64,000 bases of DNA, from contig CAZVKE010000008.1 in the NCBI GenBank assembly GCA_964627815.1, positions 182,116 through 246,115 of the forward strand, given 5' to 3'. Within the stretch, counting starts at the first letter, position 1; each line of letters begins with the position of its first letter. Origin of the DNA: an uncultured Leptospiraceae bacterium. GTDB taxonomy: Bacteria > Spirochaetota > UBA4802 > JAGODF01. Below the pieces are notes generated by a model. The model was not told where the DNA came from. It did not search any database and saw only the letters and a list, made by a program, of their open reading frames with translations. The position numbers and the translations under genes are program-made. Of this stretch, positions 1-6,748 are shown piece after piece.

Positions 1-476
1 TCGGTACGGCCCATCCCTTCGGTGAAAAGGGTGTCTCCGGTGAAAACGTGTCCCGGCGTGTAGAGGCAGATGCCTCCTTCAGTGTGGCCGGGAGTGTGGA
101 TCACCCTGAGAGATATGTCGCCGATCGCTATTACATCGCCGTCGGTCAATGTCGTGAGCGGCAGCGGGGATCCCTTTCCTCCCACAACACGGGAAAGCAG
201 CCTGTTTGATATGCTGTTGAGTTTTTTTACTTCGGTTTCATATATGAGAAGCGCCGCCCCGGTCTTCTGTATCACAAAGTCGTTGCCCGACGTGTGATCG
301 AAATGGCCGTGGGTGTTGATGACTTTGGTGATGGAAAGGCCGTGGCGTTCGACTTCTTCGAAAATGAGATCGAAGTCGCCCGCAGGATCAATGAGCGCGC
401 CTTCGCGCGATTTCTCATCTCCGATAAGATAGCAGAATACCGCCATCGATGTCACAAGAATCTGTTCCAGTATCAT
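1..476 (-). CDS. MBL-fold metallo-hydrolase (glyoxalase II-like), C-terminus cut by window edge
   Basis: Not in the ORF track because it is open at the window edge. Minus-strand translation from ATG at 476 reads MILEQILVTSMAVFCYLIGDEKSREGALIDPAGD...VINTHGHFDHTSGND...HTPGHTEGGICLY..GDTLF. The HxHxDH metal-binding motif is present. Confidence 0.8.
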   Translation of the reverse strand, partial: MILEQILVTSMAVFCYLIGDEKSREGALIDPAGDFDLIFEEVERHGLSITKVINTHGHFDHTSGNDFVIQKTGAALLIYETEVKKLNSISNRLLSRVVGGKGSPLPLTTLTDGDVIAIGDISLRVIHTPGHTEGGICLYTPGHVFTGDTLFTEGMGRT

Positions 477-640
477 TGTTTATTCCCAATAACACAGACA
501 CCGCTTTTTTCTGCAGAGCGATGTATGGAATGGCACTCACGCTCCCGGTCGGGAACATTTCTTTATGAGTATAGTGTAGAAGTATGATAGCATGGGATGC
601 GGGATGCGTCAAATCATTTTACAGGATATGTTTCGTACGG

Positions 641-1741
641 CTACAGGCCCTGCAGATACGAAATTATTTCCCTGATGCTCTTGATCATCTCGGCGGCCCC
701 GAGCTTGATGGCCTCACGCGGCATTCCGAATACGACCGAAGAAGACTCATCCTGCGCGACCGTTATCGCGCCCGCCTCTCTCATTTCGAGCAGTCCCGCT
801 GCCCCGTCGGCGCCCATGCCGGTCAGAATGACGCCGATCGATTTTTTTCCGGCAATCTGCGCCACGGAGCGGAACAGGACGTCCACCGACGGACGGTGCC
901 GGTTGACGGGCAGGCCGTCGTTTACCTCGACGTAATATCCCCGACTGTCATACCTTACAAGCAGGTGCCGGTTCCCGGGAGCGATCAGGGCCGATCCCTT
1001 ATTGACGCGATCGCCGTTTTCGGCTTCCTTGACGTAGAGCTTTGAGATCGAATTGACGCGGTTTGCGAACGCTTCGGTGAATTTTTCCGGCATGTGCTGG
1101 ACTATTACGATCCCCGGGAGCGTGTCCGGCAGCGCGCTTAAAATTTCGGCGATAGCTTCGGTACCGCCCGTTGACGCGCCGATCGCGATGAGCGTATCGC
1201 TGGCTTCGGTTCGTATCGTCTTGGCTGGTTTTGCCGGTAAGATAACATCAGCGGAATATTTCTGCTCGACCTTGATCCCGCCGGCGGGAAGCGGCGCTTT
1301 CGCCACGGGTTCCGGGCGCGGGGTTATTCTCCTGCGGACATTGGACGAACCCGAGGCGATCACTTTTTCTATCAGGTCCTCGGAGAACTTTTCCCATGAC
1401 TGGGCGTTGTCGGATTTCGGTTTGAGCACGAAATCGACGGCCCCGCGCTGGAGCGCCTCTATCGTTTTGCTCGCTCCCTCGTCGGTCAGCGCGCTCACCA
1501 TGATTACAGGCATGGGATGGGAAATCATCAGTTTGGAAAGGAAGGTCAGGCCGTCCATGCGCGGCATTTCGATATCAAGGGTAAGAACATCAGGCTCGAG
1601 CTTCTGTATTTTTTGCGCGGCGATATACGGATCGATCGCGGTGCCCACAACTTCTATTTTTTTTGAGCGCGAGAGCGCTTCGGTGAGCGTTTTCCGCATC
1701 ACCGCGGAATCGTCGACGATCAATACTTTTATCGTATCCAT
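641..1741 (-). CDS. cheB: Chemotaxis response regulator protein-glutamate methylesterase CheB
   Basis: 366 aa. N-terminal receiver (VLIVDDSAVMRK, LDIEMPRMDG) plus methylesterase domain (IGASTGG, HRPSVD, GMGADG). Start overlaps the cheD stop (ATGA). Confidence 0.95.
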   Translation of the reverse strand: MDTIKVLIVDDSAVMRKTLTEALSRSKKIEVVGTAIDPYIAAQKIQKLEPDVLTLDIEMPRMDGLTFLSKLMISHPMPVIMVSALTDEGASKTIEALQRGAVDFVLKPKSDNAQSWEKFSEDLIEKVIASGSSNVRRRITPRPEPVAKAPLPAGGIKVEQKYSADVILPAKPAKTIRTEASDTLIAIGASTGGTEAIAEILSALPDTLPGIVIVQHMPEKFTEAFANRVNSISKLYVKEAENGDRVNKGSALIAPGNRHLLVRYDSRGYYVEVNDGLPVNRHRPSVDVLFRSVAQIAGKKSIGVILTGMGADGAAGLLEMREAGAITVAQDESSSVVFGMPREAIKLGAAEMIKSIREIISYLQGL

Positions 1742-2298
1742 CAGCGTTCCTCGTTCCTCCAGGCGAAATGTCTTATTCTGATTTTCCTGTCGCGCAACAG
1801 TTCAATTTTCCGGTTTTTCTTGAGAAACACTCTCCCCGTCGAAGCATCCATCAGCACCTTTCTCGAAAAGTGCCCGTATACATCGGATTCAACGATCGGT
1901 ATGTCCTCAAGTTCCAGCAACACGCGGGCAAGCCGCACATTCTCTTCCTGAATTGTAAGCTTTCTGCCGGTGTGGTCAAGAACAATTCCGCCCCCGAAAA
2001 TCTTTGCGATGAGGTTCTTCTTTTCGGCTCCTGAATCCAGCATGGAATCGACCAGGCGGCGGATCGCGTATATTCCATACTTCGAACCGAGCCCGATGTA
2101 AATGTTTTCTGATACTATCTTGCCGGGAAGCATGAAGTGGTTCATTCCCGAAATCCTTCCCACGGGATCATGAAGACAGACGGCGACGCATGAACCGAGA
2201 AGGGTACCGATCATTTCGTCACGGGGAGTGACGTAGAGCTCACCCGCGTTTATGATTTTCAGCGGTTTCCCGTATTTCATGCTGGTATGCGAATACAT
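1741..2298 (-). CDS. cheD: Chemoreceptor glutamine deamidase CheD (paralog 1)
   Basis: 185 aa with the CheD Cys/His signature LLGSCVAVCL...GMNHFMLPG. ATGA overlaps with both neighbours. Confidence 0.9.
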   Translation of the reverse strand: MYSHTSMKYGKPLKIINAGELYVTPRDEMIGTLLGSCVAVCLHDPVGRISGMNHFMLPGKIVSENIYIGLGSKYGIYAIRRLVDSMLDSGAEKKNLIAKIFGGGIVLDHTGRKLTIQEENVRLARVLLELEDIPIVESDVYGHFSRKVLMDASTGRVFLKKNRKIELLRDRKIRIRHFAWRNEER

Positions 2299-3137
2299 CA
2301 GGTGACCTTCCCGTATACCGACCTGCCCCTGAAATAAAACAGGTTGGACACACTCGTAAGGGTCTCGGAATGCCCGATAAAGAGGTAACCGTCGTTGTTC
2401 AGGTATTTGTAAAACTGTTTAAAGAGCTTGATCTGCGATTCGCGGTCAAAATATATCACGACATTCCTGCAGAAAATGATGTCAAACGTGTTTTTCATCG
2501 GGAAGGAGTCGTCAAGAAGGTTCAGTCTCCGGAAATGGATCAACTGCTTTACCTCGTCCTTCATCCGGTAATAGCCGGCGTTTGCGCCGACTCCCTTGAG
2601 CGCATAGCGGCGAAGCACGTCGCGGTCGATGATCTTCACGACTTCTTCTTTATAAACGCCCTCGGTCGCCGAATCGAGAACCCTGGTGTCGATGTCGGTG
2701 GCGAGGATCTTGATATCGGGGAGCTTCCGGTCCTTGTAATACTCAAGCAGGGTGATGGCGATCGTATACGGCTCCTCTCCGGTAGAGCACCCCGCGCTCC
2801 AGATTCGAAGCGAGGTTTTGCGCTCGCGCTCGTAGCGGGGAAGCGCCTCGTTGTTCAGGTAATCGAAATGACCCGATTCCCTGAAAAAATCGGTCTTGTT
2901 GGTGGTGATGCAGTTGATGAGGTTGATCTTTTCCTCAGTAAAATTCTCCTGAAGGTAGTTATAGTAATCGTGAAAGTCACGCAGGCCGAGCTCTCTCATC
3001 CGGCGCATGAGCCGGGACTGTACCAGCGCCTTTTTCAACGGGGAAAGATTGATCCCGCTCTCCCGGTATATTATTTCGCGGAAAAGATCGAAATCGGCGT
3101 CATTGAGCTCGGCGATAAGGTTTGGATAATTGGCCAT
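2298..3137 (-). CDS. cheR: Chemotaxis protein methyltransferase CheR
   Basis: 279 aa. N-terminal helical CheR domain plus SAM-methyltransferase motifs LRIWSAGCSTGEEPYTIA and DIIFCRNVVIYFD. Confidence 0.95.
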   Translation of the reverse strand: MANYPNLIAELNDADFDLFREIIYRESGINLSPLKKALVQSRLMRRMRELGLRDFHDYYNYLQENFTEEKINLINCITTNKTDFFRESGHFDYLNNEALPRYERERKTSLRIWSAGCSTGEEPYTIAITLLEYYKDRKLPDIKILATDIDTRVLDSATEGVYKEEVVKIIDRDVLRRYALKGVGANAGYYRMKDEVKQLIHFRRLNLLDDSFPMKNTFDIIFCRNVVIYFDRESQIKLFKQFYKYLNNDGYLFIGHSETLTSVSNLFYFRGRSVYGKVT

Positions 3138-3142
3138 GTCTG

Positions 3143-3733
3143 TTACTCGAAAACTATGACTTTTCCGTATTTATCCTTTTCACGGAACGCGCGATTGATA
3201 TATTCCCTCTCCATCCTTGTGAACTCGGAAGATTCACTGTTGTTTTCCAGAATTTTCCGGAACGCCCTTCCGCTGGCGGGCTGAAAATAAACTTTTCTTC
3301 GAAGGACCCCACCCAGGTCTTCGCTGATGATGGGGATTTTCTCCATCTTGAAATACTCGTCGATAAAGGTTAAGATACTGTTTTTAACTCCATCCGACCA
3401 TGAATTTACGTACGGCACGTTCGCAACGCCGAATATTTTTGCGTTCAGGTTTTTTCTGTCCCCCCCGAGCTTGACGATCTCGCCCATGAGGTATTCCATA
3501 TTGGTGATGCCGTGCGTGCCGATCTCGTCGCGGTATATCCCCTCCGTTCCCATGGCGCCGGGTATGATGAAATGCCCCATTCCCCCGATCCGCCGCGTGG
3601 AATCATACAGGCAGATCACCATACAGGAACTGCTCACGGTGCCCAGAATACAATCCTCCCTTGTCGCGAAATATTCGCCGGGGTAGAGGACGTAGAGTGG
3701 CTTCCCGAACTCGCTTTTGTTGCTCTTGATCAT
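3143..3733 (-). CDS. cheD: Chemoreceptor glutamine deamidase CheD (paralog 2, C-terminally extended)
   Basis: 196 aa with VSSSCMVICL...GMGHFIIPG, so the same Cys/His positions as paralog 1. It has an extra ~35-aa charged tail. Confidence 0.85.
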   Translation of the reverse strand: MIKSNKSEFGKPLYVLYPGEYFATREDCILGTVSSSCMVICLYDSTRRIGGMGHFIIPGAMGTEGIYRDEIGTHGITNMEYLMGEIVKLGGDRKNLNAKIFGVANVPYVNSWSDGVKNSILTFIDEYFKMEKIPIISEDLGGVLRRKVYFQPASGRAFRKILENNSESSEFTRMEREYINRAFREKDKYGKVIVFE

Positions 3734-3760
3734 CTCGTTCTGATGTCCACGACATCGATA

Positions 3761-4288
3761 TCAGCCTTTAACGGCCATGTTGTCATCACGGGTCCTTTCG
3801 ATGCGCTCGAGGTCCTCGGAGCTGAGGATCCTGTCAACATCGAGAACGATGATCAGCTGGTCTCCTTTCTTCGCGACTCCCTTGATGTAATCGGTGTCAA
3901 TGTTCGAGCTGAAGTGCGGCGTCTCCTGGATGCTCGACAGGGGAAGCCCCACGACATCGGAAACCGCGTCCACGATCATGCCGACGAGCGAGCCCTTGAC
4001 CTCGATAATGAGTATCACGGTGAATTTTGTGTAGTCCTGCTCCTGCATCTCGAGCTTCAGGCGCATATCGACGACCGGGACCACCGAACCGCGCAGGTTG
4101 ATGACGCCTTTCATGAAATGCATGCTGTTCGGCATGTGGGTGATCTGAGTCATGCCGATGATCTCCTGCACCTTTAGGACCTCGACACCATACACTTCAT
4201 TGCTGATGTTGAAGGTCACGTACTGCTCCATCTGTTCGATTTCAGCCTCGTTCTGCTTACGCTTCAGGCTCTCCTTGATGTTTTCCAT
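3761..4288 (-). CDS. cheW: Chemotaxis coupling protein CheW
   Basis: 175 aa single CheW-like domain (YVTFNISNEVYGVEVLKVQEI, INLRGSVVPVVDMR, LIIVLDVDRIL). Confidence 0.9.
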   Translation of the reverse strand: MENIKESLKRKQNEAEIEQMEQYVTFNISNEVYGVEVLKVQEIIGMTQITHMPNSMHFMKGVINLRGSVVPVVDMRLKLEMQEQDYTKFTVILIIEVKGSLVGMIVDAVSDVVGLPLSSIQETPHFSSNIDTDYIKGVAKKGDQLIIVLDVDRILSSEDLERIERTRDDNMAVKG

Positions 4289-4299
4289 AACTTACTCCT

Positions 4300-4671
4300 T
4301 TATCGCACAAGTTTTTTTACTACGTTAACAAGCTGTTCCGGCTGGAACGGCTTGACGAGCCATCCTGACGCCCCCGCGTCCTTTCCTTCCTTGATTTTCG
4401 TCTCTTCAGATTCCGTGGTCAGCATGATGACGGGCGTAAACCGGTCGTCTTTTCTGAATTCGCGCACGAAACTTATTCCGTCCATTTCAGGCATGTTTAC
4501 GTCAACGACACAGGCGGCAAGATCGTTTCCCTGTTTTTTAAGGGTCTTAACTTTTTCAAGCGCATCTTTTCCGTTTTCCGCCTGCGATATGGGATACCCT
4601 ATTCCCTTGAGGGCGTATTCCACGCTCATACGGATCGTTGCGGAATCATCGATAACAAGAATGTGTTTCAT
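4300..4671 (-). CDS. cheY: Single-domain response regulator CheY
   Basis: 123 aa receiver (ILVIDDSATIRM, VVDVNMPEMDG, LVKPF) inside the che operon. Confidence 0.9.
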   Translation of the reverse strand: MKHILVIDDSATIRMSVEYALKGIGYPISQAENGKDALEKVKTLKKQGNDLAACVVDVNMPEMDGISFVREFRKDDRFTPVIMLTTESEETKIKEGKDAGASGWLVKPFQPEQLVNVVKKLVR

Positions 4672-4685
4672 TATTAATCCTCCCT

Positions 4686-4940
4686 TTATTTAACCAATCC
4701 AGCTATCACGAGCTGCTGCCGCAATTCTGGTGATACTTTCTTGAGTTTGATTATTTTGTTTTCGTTTCTGGCCGTCTTTTGCGCGGCGATCAGCACCTGC
4801 GCGAGAGCGAGATCGACCCGCCCGACCCTTGAGAAATCCAGAGTGATCTCCTGGTTCGTTTCAAGGAGATTCAGAAGAGTGCCGTGAAATTCACGGATCG
4901 TCTTGATCCCCGTGTCCTCTGTCAGTTCTAACAGTGCCAT
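4686..4940 (-). CDS. Short STAS-domain protein (anti-sigma-antagonist fold) without the canonical DSSG phospho-serine
   Basis: 84 aa. The LDFSRVGRVDLALAQVLIAAQK segment aligns to the lDls.v.fiDSSG region of SpoIIAA-like STAS proteins, but Leu/Ala replace Ser-Ser-Gly. Confidence 0.6.
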   Translation of the reverse strand: MALLELTEDTGIKTIREFHGTLLNLLETNQEITLDFSRVGRVDLALAQVLIAAQKTARNENKIIKLKKVSPELRQQLVIAGLVK

Positions 4941-4949
4941 AATCCCTCC

Positions 4950-6731
4950 CTAAAAAATGTATACACGTTCTTCGGGGAGCTGGTGCTGGTATTCCGAAAT
5001 CATGGATATGAGCATTCTGGTGCGGTACTCCCCGTTTTTTTCGCACTCGCTCAGATACTGCCGCATCATGTCCGCGTCGCGGTCGTGTTCCCTGGCCCCG
5101 CCCTGATGCGTTTTTTGGGCTATTCGGGAAACTTTGTCAAACAGCGACTTCAGCGTGTTTTTCAGATCGGTGATGGCCTCTATCTCCCCCGACTCGTTTT
5201 CGATGAAGCCGAGCATTCTGGTACAGGTGCCTCCCACTTCCTCTGAAATGTCCTGGTAATATTTTTTCGATTCATTGAGCTTTACCGATATTTTGCGCAT
5301 TGCCTGGATGCAGTTGTTAAGGGTGCGCTCCTGAACAAGATAGTTTTCCTGATATTCGCGGATAGATGATTCCATATACTGCGCGACCATCGCGTTGGTC
5401 GAAAGTGAACGCTCGATGATTTTCTTCATCTGGGTGGGAAGGTCGCGCACGCCGGTAAGGGCGCCGGTGAGCGTCTTTTTCAGGCTCGAGTGGCGCGCCA
5501 GCTCTATCTTGGTCAGCATGTTGATGATCTCGAAGCGTTTCGCTATCTGTACGAGCTCGTTGAAGAAGATCGAAAATTTGCCGAGTACGTCCAGTATCCT
5601 GCTTGAAAGCTCGAAAAGCTCACGCTTCCCCTCGATGATTTTCTGGATATAGCTGATATACTCGTTTTTCATGTTTTCGAGCTTTTCATATACCGTATCC
5701 AGCTTCTCGCCCTCATAGTACTGTTTGCCGTCACCGTGGGTTCCGTAGAAGCGGCTGATGAACCTGTTGAGAATGTCCTTGATCCGATCGTTGCACTCCG
5801 TGTTTCCCGTAATGAGGTGTTCGATATGGTGCTCGAGCCCCTGTATCTTGCTCATGCTCATCCCGTAGAGCAGTTCGGCGATACGCCCTGCCATGCCCGG
5901 ATCGCCGCTCCTGTCGAAAAGCCGGTCGTTGCCGTTTTCTGCTTCCTCAAGCGCGAATATAACTTTTTCAAGGTCCTGCCTGACAAGGTCCTCGGTCTGG
6001 AGCCATTCCATCACGTTGGTGATCGAACTCTCCACTTCCTCTGAATAGTTCATGATTTCCGCGACGTTCGCCGACAGCCTTCCCAGGTCGGTCAGTATTT
6101 CTCCGAATACCAGGCTGCTTTTCACCTTCATCTGGGTGAGGTAGTTTTCATTGGTGATGTCGATCTTCTCCCTTATCGATGAGAATTCATCGTAGGAAGC
6201 TTCCAGGGTCTGAAGGAGGGAGATGAATTCAGTCGAGATTTTTCCGGCCTTGTCCGAAAGCACCGTCATCTCAGAGGATATCTGCGCCAGCGTTTCCCCT
6301 TCGGTCCCGGCCTTGGTGGATATCAGCATCGTGTTTACCGAATAAATGTCGATTGCCTCTATCATCGTCAGTATTTCATCCACGCTCTTGCGTATTTCCA
6401 GCGTGCGCTGGATCGACTCGGCGATACTGTTGTTGATCCGGCTGTCCCCCTGCATGATCGCGACGGCCTCATCGATGGCGCCGTTCATTTCGTCCCTGCT
6501 TGGAATCACCACATCGCCCGCAAACGACTCGGAGGCCGTTTCCGGGTTGAGCGGATAGAAATAGTTGATATAGGGAGAGATGATCGTCCGGAACTCGCCG
6601 ATCTTCCTTGAGGTCGTTAACATGAAATCGCCCAGCTCCCCGAAAAGGGAGGAAATGTTGTCCTTCAGGACGAGGAGCCTTCCTCTTTCCTCGGCGACCG
6701 TTCCGATATCTGTAACCGTGTCTGTTGACAT
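4950..6731 (-). CDS. Hypothetical 593-aa soluble coiled-coil protein (X593) with two degenerate MCP-signalling-hairpin-like segments
   Basis: Long ORF tightly packed between cheA and the STAS gene. I saw no TM segment. aa 117-168 and aa 391-436 resemble the MCP tip (IAxQTNLLALNAAIEAARAG..GFAVVAxEVRxLA) only loosely, for example IAKRFEIINMLTKIELARHS...TGVRDLPTQ. Confidence 0.5.
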   Translation of the reverse strand: MSTDTVTDIGTVAEERGRLLVLKDNISSLFGELGDFMLTTSRKIGEFRTIISPYINYFYPLNPETASESFAGDVVIPSRDEMNGAIDEAVAIMQGDSRINNSIAESIQRTLEIRKSVDEILTMIEAIDIYSVNTMLISTKAGTEGETLAQISSEMTVLSDKAGKISTEFISLLQTLEASYDEFSSIREKIDITNENYLTQMKVKSSLVFGEILTDLGRLSANVAEIMNYSEEVESSITNVMEWLQTEDLVRQDLEKVIFALEEAENGNDRLFDRSGDPGMAGRIAELLYGMSMSKIQGLEHHIEHLITGNTECNDRIKDILNRFISRFYGTHGDGKQYYEGEKLDTVYEKLENMKNEYISYIQKIIEGKRELFELSSRILDVLGKFSIFFNELVQIAKRFEIINMLTKIELARHSSLKKTLTGALTGVRDLPTQMKKIIERSLSTNAMVAQYMESSIREYQENYLVQERTLNNCIQAMRKISVKLNESKKYYQDISEEVGGTCTRMLGFIENESGEIEAITDLKNTLKSLFDKVSRIAQKTHQGGAREHDRDADMMRQYLSECEKNGEYRTRMLISMISEYQHQLPEERVYIF

Positions 6732-6748
6732 AGTGCCTGCCGGGCCTC

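Noticed and set aside
5976-5990. A D-L-V-R-Q segment (WLQTEDLVRQDLEKV) in X593 resembling the CheZ catalytic D-x3-Q (FQDLTGQ) motif. This would have supplied the missing phosphatase.
   Set aside because: A D-x3-Q spacing in a helical protein is expected by chance. The surrounding residues do not match CheZ well enough, so only a profile or structure comparison could revive this idea.
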